DNA of 39,286 nucleotides. It comes from Octopus bimaculoides (taxonomy: Eukaryota). Both the position numbers and the translations under genes were made by a program. Every line of letters begins with the position of its first letter. Position 1 is the stretch's first letter. The notes beneath the pieces were generated by a model, which was given only the letters and a program-made list of their open reading frames with translations, made no database searches and was not told the origin of the DNA. This document shows, in pieces, positions 21,960 through 34,586 of the stretch. The stretch is taken from positions 162,303,973 to 162,343,258 of the forward strand of contig NC_068983.1 in assembly GCF_001194135.2 (NCBI RefSeq). Direction: 5' to 3'.

Positions 21960-22338
21960 TCTTTAAACCTAATTTCAATTTTTTTTGTTTTATTAAGTTT
22001 CCTAAAAAACACACTGAAGTTGGAAAACGGTTTCACTGATTAAATTGCCAAACAAGGAACCTTATATACACTCACATGGATGGATTGAAATTTGGAATTC
22101 ATCATCATCATTTAACATCCATCTTCCATGCATGCATGGGTAGGAGGGTTGACAAGAGCCGGCCAGGTAGAAAAACTACCCTAGGAATTGTAAACATTTA
22201 TTTACTGTTGGAAGTTGTAAAATATAAAACTTGTTTGATTGGTGATTATTGAACACCTTTAGATTTTACGACTTTGAATATTGTATGGCAACTTGGCAGA
22301 AACAGAGGAGTCTTGGACAAAATGCTTTGTTAGAAAAT

Positions 22339-22641
22339 CATTTGAGCGAGGTCGTTGCCAGTGCCGCCGGACTGGCTCCTGTGCAGGTGGCAAGTAAAAT
22401 ACACCATTTTGAGCTTGGCCGTTGTCAGTACTGCATGACTGGCCCTCGTGCTGGTGGCACATAAAAGCACCCACTACACTCTCAGAGTGGTTGGCGTTAG
22501 GAAGGGCATCCAGCTGTAGAAACTCTGCCAGATCAGATTGGAGCCTGGTGCAGCCATCTGGTTCACCAGTCCTCAGTTAAATCGTCCAACCCATACTAGC
22601 ATGGAAAGTGGACATTAAATGATGATGATGATGATGATGAT
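22339..22641 (+). mobile_element. RTE LINE 3' UTR with tandem units and (GAT)n tail
   Basis: Family motif. Confidence 0.8.
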
Positions 22642-22851
22642 TCCTCGCCTTTGTATTCTAACTTCAGATTCATCTCATTTCTTGAGAATAAGCAGCCAAT
22701 TCCATTCACTTGACCCTTCCTCTGCAAGAGTGGTTCTTATCCCTAATCAAAAGAATTTACTTTTTGTTTTTAATGTATAAATTGTTCAGTGCTAAGTCTT
22801 CTGAAAAGTCTATGGCTTGAGCGAGGAATTTGCTTTTACATTACCAAATGC

Positions 22852-22882
<31 letters not shown>

Positions 22883-23291
22883 CGATGACGATGACGGCTG
22901 TTGTCGGTTTATTGCATCTGATGATAATCTGCTGATTCTGTTTTGCCATATTTTCATAACTTCACCAAAATACTGCTATGATGAAATCACAGTAATATTA
23001 CAGGGTGAAATTAGCTTTGGAAAAGAAAATCTGGATTTAGCTTAGATAATGGATTCAACAGAGTGGTAGAGAAAATGGTTAAGATTTAGATCCATCCACT
23101 TACATTCTGATCAATAAAATATCAATTGGTCAAATTCTGAGATTGATTTCGTCGACTGTTCTAAAATATGTTACTTACTACCTTAGTATTTGTCACAGCT
23201 TATAATCATCATCATTTGACTGGCGACTGAATGGTTTATATTATAATTGAGAATATAAGACATTAGACTTGTGTTATAATATTCTTTCTAA

Positions 23292-23458
23292 TTTTGGCAC
23301 AAGGGAAGGGAGCAAGTACTTGACAGGTGTTTATGACTTCATAAGGATGAACAGCAAAGCTAGCCATCATGGGATTTGAACTCGCAATGTAATGAGTTGG
23401 ATGAAATACCCCTGAGCATTTTGGCTGGTGTGCTAACAATTCTGTCGGCTCACTGCCT
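23292..23458 (-). mobile_element. tRNA-like SINE family B, degraded
   Basis: ggatgaa..gcaaag...ggatttgaactc...gcattttg...gctaacaattctg.cggctcactgcc is the reverse complement of family B. Confidence 0.65.
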
Positions 23459-24442
23459 TAACTTGTGTTTTGTTGTAATATATTAGCTTACACTAGTTTA
23501 GTTATATTGTAGCATAATTATTCAGCAAGAATTGTCTCTTTTTGCTTCCAAATGTGAATTTGGTTACTGAGTTACCATTCACAGTAACAATTGTGTAGTT
23601 ACCATTCCTGATAAGCAATAAAGACTAGGGTAGCAGAAGTAATCTGCGTTGAATGTCTTATTTACATTATTATAATTTTAATGTCATTGACTTTCCTTAG
23701 GATTAGCTAATAATTAGACATTAAAAATAGTTTGGGATCCAAATATATTTGTTGGCCATGTATATAATTAGTAATATTAAAGAGTAAAAAATACTTGTTA
23801 GAGGTTGAGACAATATTAATGACATTATTAATTGACCCCATCTTTCTTGGTTCAAATACTGGATTGCTTTCAATTAGAAACCCTAATGCTTATCTCTAAT
23901 CTTAAACTTTTGCAAGCTTTTTCCTTCTACTCATACAATATTCTCTTCATACAAATGCACTTCAACTTGCACTTGACAATTCCTTTCTCTCTTATCCCAG
24001 TATTTGACTTTGGTGTTCGGAGTTGGTCCAGTACGTTAATATTCAGTATAAACTCAGAGAAAAAACTTTTGAAGTGTTTTCTACTAAATCATTGAATCCT
24101 ACACGTTTACATCATTCTGTTTTATTTTAAAGTTGTTTATTAGAATTATTTACCAATTACAATGGAATGAATGGAAATCAGTTGAGAAGACGAGACTCAG
24201 TGAATATTTCACTGTAGCTTCAACTAATTATAATTTTGGTGAAATTAATAAATAACTACAATTTCAGTCAAAGATTTCTGTAATAATTGCCATTTTGCTA
24301 TTTATTTTTTCACCATTTTGAGAAGGAATTCTATGCTGCATGTTGTGTAGAATGTTTGAATCGGATAATCAAGATCTAATGCTTGAAAAAGAGGGTTTTC
24401 CAGGTTGGTACACTGTATTGGATGTAATGTCAAGTATAGGGG

Positions 24443-24636
24443 TTAACCCTTTTGATACTAACCTACCTGACACTGCTCCTCGTTCTAAAACCTTTCATCA
24501 AAATTTCATGTTAATTTATGTTCAAAATACCAGCTGAAATGTGATAAATTTGGTTTACTAAATTCTTCATTATTTTCAAAATTAATTGAAACAAAAGCAG
24601 TGTATTACAACAGAAATATTGTAACAAGAGGGTTAA
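24443..24636 (+). mobile_element. piggyBac-like MITE family 1
   Basis: ttaa|cccttttg ... aagaggg|ttaa, intact TTAA TSD. Confidence 0.8.
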
Positions 24637-25606
24637 CAGGAAAATGTGGGTACAATTGGCTGGTTTGGTTAGCCTGGTCTTTTGGTAGGTAACTTCTTTT
24701 GGTAGTTGGACAAGAATTGAAGAGTTTATTGATCTGATTGACAGTTTTTAAATATAGGCCTGGATATCAGCAGCTCTTTGGTTATCTTGATTTGAAAGGT
24801 TTACAGTAAAGACTAAAAACACACACTAATTCAGTTTTCACTGGTTTTATTACCATTTAGTTTATAAACTTCATCCATTTTCTACAAAGCTCTCCTGTTT
24901 TACAATTATTTTCATACTCAAAAGAATAAGTAAAACTACAATGTTATCCAAACTAGTTTCTTTGGACTTCATAAATCTGTCTTCAAATTTATCTTGAAAT
25001 TCTATTGAAAGAGTTCTGAATCTCTCTATGATTGATAAGGATCTGATTGAGTAGGGTCATTGATATGAAGGAAATCTGTTCGAATCCTATTTAAAACATT
25101 GGTGCATTATTCCTGGAAGAAACAAATATTTTCACTCTCTTTGATGGTGAGACAGAGCAAACAGTTTTAAAACACCAACTTAAATAGCTTGTCTAATATC
25201 ATAATTTAAATATTAAATATGACAATCAGTTCTTTAACAGCACAAAACAACATACCTCTAGGATTGTTGATTTCTATCCTTGATGCCATTTTGGCAACGT
25301 TCAAAATATAAACGGATTTGGAATAAAGGGAGGGGATTGGTAATGTCAAGATTCCGATTCGAATTTTTAAAACAAAAGGAATCTGAGTTTTTTTACAAGA
25401 AATAACCATATGATACGTTCTGTGATAATGTTTGTTACTTTGTGCGGAAACTTTTTGCCAGGGGACAAGGGATGAAACTGAGACACAAGGTCAGGACCTG
25501 CCTTGATACCCTCCTCACAGTTTAACCCCTTGTTCCCTAGCATGAAGCTGACACCCCTCTCCACCACTCCCAGAGTTCATAGTCCTGCAAGCTGTGTGAT
25601 GACCTC

Positions 25607-25791
25607 AATGGTGCAGATGGCACATAAAAAGTCTGCAGTCCATGCTTTGAAGTGGTTGGCATTAGGAAAGGCATCCAACCATAGAAACCATTACCAAAGC
25701 AGACATTGGAGCCCAGTGCAGTCCTTGGGACCCATTGGATCCTGTCAAACTGACCAACCCATGCCAGCATGGAACATGGACATTAAATGAT
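25607..25791 (+). mobile_element. RTE LINE 3' tail, old copy
   Basis: gtggttggcattaggaaaggcatcca...aacccatgccagcatggaa...ttaaatgat. Confidence 0.75.
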
Positions 25792-26091
25792 ATAAAAAGA
25801 TATTCACACATCATTAGTCATTTGGCTATATTGGTTTTTATTGGTCAGGGATTTCTGTTTTTCTTTTTTTTAAGGTATTCCGATTAATTGAAGGAAATTT
25901 CTTGAAATCTAAAATAGAGGTAGCAGTAGTGATTTTGGGCCCCATGGTCACTGAAAAAATGTTATTTGAACCCTCATGTGATTTCTTAGAACAGTTTTAC
26001 TTGCAAACACATGTACTTCTCTCCACCCCACCCTCTTCTTAGCTCTCATATCGCTATTAAAAATCACTATTATTATTATTATTATTATTAA

Positions 26092-26455
26092 GGTGGCGAG
26101 CTGGCAGAATCATTCGCATGCTGGACAAAATGCTTAGTGGTATTTCTTCCGTTGTTACATTCTGAGTTCAAATTCCACTTGGGTCGACTTTGCCTTTCAT
26201 CCTTTCGGGGTCGACGAATTAAGTACCAGTGACACACTGGGGTTGATTTAATCAACCGGCCCTCGTTCCCTCCCAAATTTCAGTCCTTGTGCCTATAGTA
26301 GGTAGGATTATTATTATTACTATTTGCTGTTGGGGACAGCTCCTTCAGGGTTGATAAATTAAGTACCAGTTGAACATTGGGGTCCATGTAATCAACTTAC
26401 CCCCTTCCCTGAAATTGCTGGCTTTGTGTCAAAATTTGAAACCATTATTTTTATT
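26092..26455 (+). mobile_element. SINE family B: full copy plus partial tandem copy, flanked by (ATT)n
   Basis: ggtggcgagctggcagaatc...ctgagttcaaattcc...ggggtcga. Second partial copy from ~26345. Confidence 0.8.
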
Positions 26456-27770
26456 AACTAACACTGTTGCAGATCGNNNNNNNNNNNNNNNNNNNNNNNN
26501 NNNNNNNNNNNNNNNNNNNNNNNNNNNNNNNNNNNNNNNNNNNNNNNNNTCTGAAACTTTCTAATTAATCCGTTATGAAATCTTAACTAAAATCTACTCT
26601 GAAAACAAAATGTCTTCTTATTGTTAATGTTTCACTGCTTGCTGTTAATTATTATTATTATTGCATGATCGTTAAGTAAAGTTATTGTATTTTAAAGACG
26701 CTGCTGGATCACTTCATTGCTCTTCGTCTCCGTTCTTCCATTAATGGTGGAACTAAGATTAATGGTTCAGTTCTTCCTTTTGAAGACATTCATCATGTTT
26801 TTTAAAAATCTTTATCAATTGGGCAATAAACAAATTCTTTTTACCAACTTACAAGAATAAACGGATTAGTAAACTGGATAAAATGCGTTGTATTTAATTC
26901 AAAACCTGCTTGAAGTCATCCTTGAAGAACTGACCAAATTTGTGGCAACCTGTCTTTTAAATCAGTTTAGCAGTGTTTTTATCGCTTTCGTCCAAATTCA
27001 CACTAGCCATTGCTTTCATATATTTTATTCAGCTTTGTCGATCATTGACTATAAATAGATTTGCTGGCATTAAGGCTTATCACAGCACCTCATTCACAAC
27101 TAAATTTCTTTATCTTGCATTTTCCATGTTCCATTCTGTTTCTGCAAATGCTTTGCATGTCCTTTGCTAATGTGAATGCATTGCATGTCTTCTTCATTCT
27201 TTTGCTAATCTTTAGCTCTGCTGTTTTTGTTAATTAAATGAATATTTGCTTTAATAATCTTGGTACTTTAATTTTAAAAAATAAACAACTTTGTTCTAAT
27301 TACTGTTTGAAAAATGATTGCTAATTAATTGATTTTATGTCAGAAGTTCCAGTAAATCATAAAGGAAAGTATCATAAATTAACTCATAAAATTTAGCTCG
27401 TTAACTGTTTTCTGTCTAAAAAAAAAAATGCATTTCAGTAATAAAAAGTTAATTCAAAAATAAATAAACCACTTAAATTTCAATGAGTTAAATACAAGTG
27501 TATTTGATTCCTATTAAGATAATTTCCAAAATCCATAAAGGATTTTTTTTTTTATTAATTTATCAAAGACAATTTATACATGTTTTTTTCTATCAGTTAT
27601 TTCTTTCTTCCTACCTTCTTTTTTATATTTTTTTTTAACCAGTTCCACATCTACCATTCCTCTTTGTATTTCTTGTAGAAACAGTTATGTCTGACTGTTA
27701 TATTACATAAAACTCTATATTTTGAATTCAAGTCCAGTTTAGAGTTTGCTTATATTACCAGAATTGGCAG

Positions 27771-27803
<33 letters not shown>

Positions 27804-28229
27804 TGTAGGTTAGGTGTCCCTGTGTGTTGTAAAGAAAAGTTGCTGACAAGCAGAGTTAGCTACTTGTAAAACACCACCTCAAAATCAGATTGGTTCAGCA
27901 GATCTAGAATTAATAGACAGAAGTAAACTTGTTAAACTATATAACTTGCAGTAGTTACATTCCATTACATTCTAAATTCATGTTGAATCGACTTTGCCTG
28001 TCAATGCAGCCATTATCAAGGGAATATTTACCATTTACTGTACAAGAGTTGTTTGACTTGGGTATATTGTCCCTTCTTTAATTTGTGGTTTTGTGCTAAT
28101 GTAAGAAATTATGAGAACTGAAAATAGAATCCTTATCTTCTTATATATCTATCTTTCTGCCTACCCACCCCATTTTACGTCCATTTTTTTCCGTGCTGGC
28201 ATGTATTGAACAAGTATCACCTCTTACGA

Positions 28230-28457
28230 TCAACCCTTTCGCTACCAATCCGGCTGGAACCGGCTCTGGCTCTGAATACAAATATCTTGTTTTCATAAGT
28301 TTTGAATTAAAACCTTCCACCAAACCTTAGTCACAAATTATGTTCCTAACACTAGCTGAATGATAACTAAGTTACTTTACTAAATTCTTTGTTATATTTA
28401 AAGTAATTGAAAGAAGAACAGAGCATCTCAACAGAAATATGGTAACAAAAGAGTTAA
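28230..28457 (+). mobile_element. piggyBac-like MITE family 1 variant
   Basis: tcaa|ccctttcg ... aaaagag|ttaa; shared body. Confidence 0.7.
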
Positions 28458-29139
28458 AGAAACCAAACCACAGTAAAGAGAACTGACCAACTTTGCTCTC
28501 TATCTCTCCTTTTTTGTTTTATAGCTAGCAATGTCCATATTCTATTTTTGATTTGGTTTTACAGCCAGATCTCTCCATTACCTGCCACCTTACAATGTGG
28601 CTGGAATGCATTTTATTGTGCCACTGGAACCAAACAGGTTGTCGCAACAGTCCCTCATTATCTTATTTGCAGTTGCTACTCCCCCAATTTTCTTTGTTAC
28701 TTGGGCTAAGATTTTTTTCAAACATTGAATGGCTGAGGGTCCACCCAATTAAAATTAAAATCCCAGGGGTCCAAATGTAAAAATAGTTGAGAACCATTGC
28801 TCTATACAACATATAACATGACTGGAGAAATCAATCAACCAGCATTATCATTAAATATTGATTAATTCAATCAACTTGTCATGTTTAATTTACTTTATTT
28901 AAACTTGCCATTTTATTAGACTAATCCAAACTTGCTAAACCAAGTTCGGATTAAGGTTTAGAGATTGAAATTAATTTCTTCCTTGTGTCCATCAAATGTT
29001 TTCTCTTTTTTTGTTTTCTCCTAAGCTGCTCAGGGAGAAGGTAATTATTTTCTTTTTTTGTTTTATTGTTTTATATGTAAACAGGTGAGTAGTGAGATCA
29101 TCTGGCAGGGCATGAAGGACTCTGAGAGGATGTTTTTAT

Positions 29140-29468
29140 GACCGTATAGTAAGAAGTTTGCTCCCCGACCACATGGTTCTGGGTTCAGTCCTACTGCATA
29201 ACACCTTGGGCAAGTGTCTTCTATAGCCACAGGTCGACCAAAGCCTTCGTTGGATTTGGCAAATAGAAACTGAAAGAAGCCCGTTGTATATATATATATG
29301 TGTGTGTGTGTGTTTATGTCCCTGTAATGTAGCTGTTCTTCAAAAGTGACCAATAGAATAACTACCAGGCTTTAAAAGAATAAGTTCTGGAGTTGATTCG
29401 TTCGACTAAAATTCTTCAAGGTGGTGCTCCAGTATGGCCATAGTCTAATGACTGAAAGCAAGATAAAG
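29140..29468 (+). mobile_element. tRNA-derived SINE family C
   Basis: B box gggttcagtcc, central ggcaagtgtcttct...gatttgg..aa.agaaactgaaagaagccc, internal (TA)(TG) tract. Confidence 0.8.
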
Positions 29469-30151
29469 ATATGAGTATTTTCTATTTGGTTCCAATCACA
29501 AGACTCTGCTATATTCTTAGTTTTCATTGCACTTTCCATTGTTTCTTTCTACAAAACATGGCGCTTCTCTTTGTGCAATTTTTTTTATAAACAGTCAATT
29601 TGTGCTGCTTACTAATGACTAATTATATTTAGTCATTAATAGTCATTACAAGAGAAATAATATCCCTTTTCACCAATTGTGTACTCATCTTTATTGGATT
29701 CCAATTTGTAATTATTGGTATATTTATTTGTGTTTTAGAGAAATTTTTCACTTTGGTTGCTCCAGTTTTTTTGTTTCTTATTCATCTCTTTGATTTTGAT
29801 CCATCATCCTTAACCATTTTACTGATTTCATTCATTTCACTTCTTCATCTCGTACCTCCTTCAGTTATACACTGGCCTATTTATATTTTATTTCCTGTTA
29901 TCCCAGTCATCGTAGTTTATTATTTGTGCAATCAGTAATGGTTTTTCTTTGCCACTCTGTAAATAAGTTTGTTGACCAAAGTGAACAGGTATTTGTGACC
30001 AAATTTTCTTCCTGGATAATGTGTTCTGATCTTACTGCAGTGAAGTTGATTTGTTCATTCCTTTAAGATCTGTAAATATATAGCAATAATATTCTCAGGC
30101 TGTACAAAATACTTTACAAAAGTTATTTAATTAAAAGGCCTGGCTATGTAA

Positions 30152-30340
30152 ATCATCATTCAACATCCATGTTCCCTGCTGGCATGGGTTGGGCAATTTT
30201 CAAAACCCAATGAGTCTGGGGACTGCATCATGCACCACTGTCTGCTTTGGCATGGTATTAATGGCTTGATGCCCTTCCTAACACCAACCACTACACAGTG
30301 AGTACTGGTTATGCTCTCTCTTTCTCTCATGGCACCAGTA
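30152..30340 (-). mobile_element. RTE LINE 3' tail, old copy
   Basis: Reverse complement of the family motif. Confidence 0.7.
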
Positions 30341-30746
30341 TTTGCGATGTCACAACACAGCTTGTAAGACTAAAGATCCCCTTTGTCTAAATGAGGCTAT
30401 AGTAGAGAGATGGGTGGTGGCTTTGTGTTAGATATGAGAGGTTTTTTGCTGGTAGAGAAGCTACATGACTACTCACGTTAATGAAGAGTGGCTTTGGAAG
30501 GACCAAGGTGGAGCTGGAAAGTGATAAAATAGTAAAGGTGTGGTCTCGGGGTTGAGGTACAAGGTAAAGTTTTTGTCACAACAAAAAAATCTTGTTGACT
30601 TTCTTGATCTTCGTTACAAATTCTTAAACTGATTTTTATTTCAGTGCATTTTGCTTATTATTTGTTGTTGTTGCACCATTTGTAATTTCTTTTCTAATTG
30701 TTTACTGAGATGAAGTATATTTATTAACAACCAAGGTATGTGCTTC

Positions 30747-30930
30747 TTAGCCCTTTAGCATTTAGACTGACCAAATTCAGCCTCTTGCATCTATCCTACA
30801 ATGTCATTCTAAAAATATACAAAGACACCATTGAAATCTCAAAGCTACAAGATAATCCAAGATTAATTCAAAACAATGTGAATAAATAGGGATTACATTT
30901 GACAAAGAAATCTGAATGCTATAGAGTTAA
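30747..30930 (+). mobile_element. piggyBac-like MITE family 2
   Basis: ttag|ccctttagcattt ... tgctatagag|ttaa. Confidence 0.7.
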
Positions 30931-31104
30931 AGAGGCCATGTCTATTGTTTCTTGTTGCCTTCTATAAAACCTTGTTTACTTACAATGTTCTTTCATCCCA
31001 AACATGTTAAAAGCACAATAATGTGTCTATTGTAAATTGTTGAAATATTATTTGTAAAACCTCAATAGTCTACAGAACAAATTGAATGCCTTGTTTCTTT
31101 TTAG

Positions 31105-31189
31105 GGAGAAGAGAAAGCAGGTGCGCAAACAGTTGGTCTTGAACAACGAGTCAGTCTATTAGAAAAAGAAAATAGGGAATTAAAAAAAG
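31105..31189 (+). CDS. EEF1D: eEF1D coding exon 3 (GEEKAGAQTVGLEQRVSLLEKENRELKK), leucine-zipper region
   Basis: ttgtttctttttag| acceptor and G|gtcagt donor, phase 0-1. L..RV..LE.EN..L heptad pattern typical of eEF1D. Confidence 0.9.
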
Positions 31190-31341
31190 GTCAGTTCCTT
31201 TTGTTTGATTATAAAATGGTTCATTTTGTTGCTAGCGCTAATGACAGGGCTTCTATTGACCTTTTTACCACAGTTAACCAGCTTGGCAGACACCCACTTG
31301 ATATAGGTCATTACTATTGTAATGTTGTATGTTAAATGTAA

Positions 31342-31557
31342 GGCGGCGGGGCTGGCAGAAACGTTAACACGCCGGGCGGAATGCTTAGTGGTATTTCGTC
31401 TGTCTTTGTGTTCTGAGTTCAAATTCCACTGAGGTCAACTTTACCTTTCATCCTTTCTGGGTTGATAAATTAAGTACCAGTTGTGTATTGGAGTCAATCT
31501 AATTGACTTAATCCCCTCCCAAAAATTTCAGGCCTTGTGCCTAGAGTAGAAAAGAGT
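31342..31557 (+). mobile_element. tRNA-like SINE family B, well-preserved copy
   Basis: ggcggcggggctggcagaaacgttaacacgccgggcggaatgcttag...ctgagttcaaattcc. Confidence 0.85.
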
Positions 31558-31660
31558 ATAAAGATTGTGGCCAATAAACAGAGTTAATGTAAATATGGAA
31601 GCAGTAATTTTGTGAGAACCTTTTGCTAATTTTTGTATATTTGAAAATTTCAGTCCAAAA

Positions 31661-31911
31661 CTGTGGTTCTTAACCCTTTTGTGCGTATGGACCCATTTGA
31701 TTTCCATTTTACTCTTCTGGGACCTCATAGCCATTTGATGTTTAGATACAATCCTATATTTTCATAATTAAATATTTATTAAGAATTGTATAAAAAGATT
31801 AAAATATTTTGTATATTGCAGAAATAGAAACAAATTATTGCACATAAATTTATTGCAGCAAAATCATAGGGACCCTGAAAGGGTCATATGCATCCGGGTT
31901 GAGAACCAATG
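31661..31911 (-). mobile_element. hAT-like MITE (same family as 18384-18608; partial copy also ~28715-28799)
   Basis: TIRs ctgtggttcttaacc / ggttgagaaccaatg. Body is the reverse complement of the 18384 copy. Confidence 0.7.
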
Positions 31912-31917
31912 GTATCC

Positions 31918-32245
31918 TCATCATTGTTGTTGTCTAACGTCTGCTTTCCATGCTGGCATGGGTTGGATGCTTTGACTGAGAACTGGCAAGCGAGGAGGCT
32001 GCACCAGGTTCCAATCTGCTCTGGCAAGGTTACTTCAGCTGGATACTCTTCCTAACACCAACTATTCTGATAGTGTAGTGCATGCTTTTTACGTGCCACC
32101 AGCACGGGAGCCAGTTAGGCAGTATTGGCATCAGCTACACTCGAATGGTGCTTTCATGTCACTGGCACTGGTACCAGTCAGGCGGCACTAGCATCAGCCA
32201 TGCTTGAATGGCGTTTTTTACACGTCACTGGCACAGGTTCCAGTC
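31918..32245 (-). mobile_element. RTE LINE 3' UTR with tandem units
   Basis: Reverse complement of the family tail plus cactggcac..g..ccagt repeats. Confidence 0.75.
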
Positions 32246-32344
32246 TAAGCCATTAAATTTGTATCTGAAAACTGGATTATTTTTTAAATGTAATAATTGA
32301 TAGTTAATGTCTAAGGAATCAGTAACTTGGATGTAGGTTTGTAT

Positions 32345-32385
<41 letters not shown>

Positions 32386-32454
32386 GCTGTGCTTAGACAC
32401 AGATTTTGGCTTGATTTTGACCATCAAAGCAATCAGAATTTTTGATTTGTCTCC

Positions 32455-33105
32455 TGATTGCTTGAAATGTAAGCGAGGTGGAAGAAATGCTGCTAAGCAT
32501 TTTGTTCCCTTGACGAACTTCTGCCAGTTTGCTAGAATAATGATAATAATCTTTTCTACTGTAGGCACAAGGCCTGAAATTTGTGGGGAGGGAGTAAGTT
32601 GATCCCAACAACCTCAGTACTTGACTGGTACTTTGTCTTTCATCCTTTCAGGGTTGATAAATTAAAGTTGAACTCTGGACAAAGACAGACAAAATGCTGC
32701 TAAGCTCGCTGCTTTAATAACAGTAATCCTTTCTACTGAAAGGACATGGCCTCAAATTTGGCGGAAGGGATTAAATCAACTACATTGTGCCCCAGTGCAT
32801 AACTGGTACTTCATTTATCAATCCCCTGAAAGGATGAAAGGCAGAACATGAAGACAGTGTGCTTATGATTATACCAGCTTGCCACCTTAATAATAACAAT
32901 CCTTTCTGCTATAGGCACAAGGCCTGAAATTTTGAGGGAGAGCAAAGTTGATTGGATCTACCCCAGTACACAACTGGTACTTAATTTATCGACCCCAAAA
33001 GGATGAAAGGCTAAGTCAACTTTGGTGGAATTTGAACTCTGAATGTAGCAATGGGTGAAATACTGCATTTTGTCCAGTGTGCTAACGATTCTGCCTTGAT
33101 GATAA
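32455..33105 (-). mobile_element. Cluster of fragmented SINE family B copies (mostly minus) upstream of the exon at 33168
   Basis: Repeated cttttctactgtaggcacaaggcctgaaatt, actggtactt and ggatgaaaggc segments separated by (AAT/GAT)n. Confidence 0.7.
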
Positions 33106-33167
33106 TGATAATGATAATGGTGATATAATGATCACTTTTAGCAAGGTAATAATATCTTTACTTTCAG

Positions 33168-33358
33168 CTGTTGAAGAACTAAAAAAAATGACCAGTGCCT
33201 TAAATCTTCAATTAAAATCTGGAACTAAAGCTAATGTTGAAGTTGACAAAAACAGCAATAACATTGTAACCAAGATGGATGTAGAAGAAACCAAAGATGC
33301 AGAATCTTCAGAAGAGGATGATGATGATGTCAATCTTTTTGGCTCTGATGAAGAAGAG
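33168..33358 (+). CDS. EEF1D: eEF1D coding exon 4 (AVEELKKMTSAL...EEDDDDVNLFGSDEEE)
   Basis: ctttcag| acceptor and GAG|gtaact donor, phase 1-0. Acidic LFGSD motif. Confidence 0.95.
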
Positions 33359-33474
33359 GTAACTTCACTGACTTTTAATGTTCTCTTTAATTTCCAATTT
33401 TAAAGTTCGTTTTCTTTAATTTCTTGCATAATATCTCCATTACAAAAACTTGTTTTTGATATTTTCTTGTAAAG

Positions 33475-33538
33475 GATGAAGCAAAAGTCAGAGAAAGAGA
33501 AGAAAGAATTAAAGCATACCAATTGAAAAAATCTAAAA
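33475..33538 (+). CDS. EEF1D: eEF1D coding exon 5 (DEAKVREREERIKAYQLKKSK)
   Basis: ttttcttgtaaag| acceptor and A|gtaagt donor, phase 0-1. Conserved REER...Y..KK helix. Confidence 0.95.
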
Positions 33539-33819
33539 GTAAGTCTGTGTGTCCTTCCTTATTGAATCTTGATCTTTTTTGTTTTTCCTTGGGAGAGAGA
33601 GTGGGTGGGGTATGGGTTGTTTTCTTGGATCAAACAATAGATCTAATACTTTTAGATGGTAGCTTCACTTTCACTGGCGCCTTTCTTCCATCCAGCTCCC
33701 AACAACACAAAATAGACCCTGCTGGAATATGGGTCCTTGATGCAGGCCTCTGGTTTACCAGTTTTCAGTCAAACCAAACCACCCCATGCCAGCCTGGAAG
33801 ATGAACATTAAATGATGAA

Positions 33820-34586
33820 GTACAGAAATTTTGATGACTGCACTGGTATCGTCGTGTGATGCGCATGGATGAGGACAGCTGTGTAAAGAAGTGCCGATCC
33901 CTAACTATGGAGGAAACCTGTGGTAGATGTAGATCCAGGAAGACATGGGATGAGCTTGTGAAGCATGATCTCCGAACTTTGGGCCTCACAAAAGCAATGA
34001 CTAATGACTGAGCCTTTTGGCGATATGCTGTGCTTGGGAAGACCCATCAAACCAAGTGAAATCGTAGTCATGGCTGATGCTGGTGTCATATAACCGGCAC
34101 CTGTGCAGGTGGCATCTAAAAAGCACCTCATGGAGGCAAAGTGGTTGGGCTCCTTTCAAATGTTGGGCCTCACAGAAGCAGGGACCAAGATCTTTGGCAT
34201 TGTTGTGCTTGAGAAGACCTATCAAGCCAAGTAAAATCGCAGTTATGGCAGATACTGGTGTCACGCAAATGGCACCCGTGTTGGTGGCACATAAAAGCAC
34301 CTGGGCCTGACAGAAGTAAGAACCGAGACCATTTGGCATTATGCTGTGTTTGAGAAGACCCCTCAAGCCAAATAAAACCACAGTCGTGGCAGATACCAGT
34401 GCCCTGCAAGTGGCACCCATAAACGCACTCATTGCACTCTTGGAGTGGTTGGCATTAGGAAGGGCATCCAGCCATAAAAACTAAGCCAAAACAGACACTG
34501 AAGCCTGCTGCAGTCCTCTGCTTAACCAGTTCCTGTCACACCATCCAACCCATGCCAGCATGGACAATGGACGTTAAATGATGATG
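33820..34586 (+). mobile_element. RTE LINE ORF2 C-terminus plus 3' UTR containing three ~140-bp tandem units
   Basis: LHWYRRVMRMDEDSCVKKCRSLTMEETCGRCRSRKTWDELVKHDLRTLGL...LGKTHQTK* (stop 34057-34059). Units 33979-34127, 34163-34301 and 34302-34428, then the standard tail to (ATG)n. Confidence 0.88.

Noticed and set aside
22830-23045. Poly-Asp ORF resembling the acidic region of eEF1D
   Set aside because: A (GAT)n/(GAC)n microsatellite without convincing splice sites. The true acidic exon is at 33168-33358.
22978-23110. ATGATGA...CTGA pair as a possible intronic C/D snoRNA (also 18875-18961)
   Set aside because: No terminal stem, no recognisable rRNA/snRNA guide, and such boxes are common by chance. 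A snoScan or Infernal run would settle it.
24340-24537. Exon-like ORF MFESDNQDLMLEKEGFPGW
   Set aside because: Weak splice signals, it runs into a MITE, and it shows no similarity to eEF1D isoforms.
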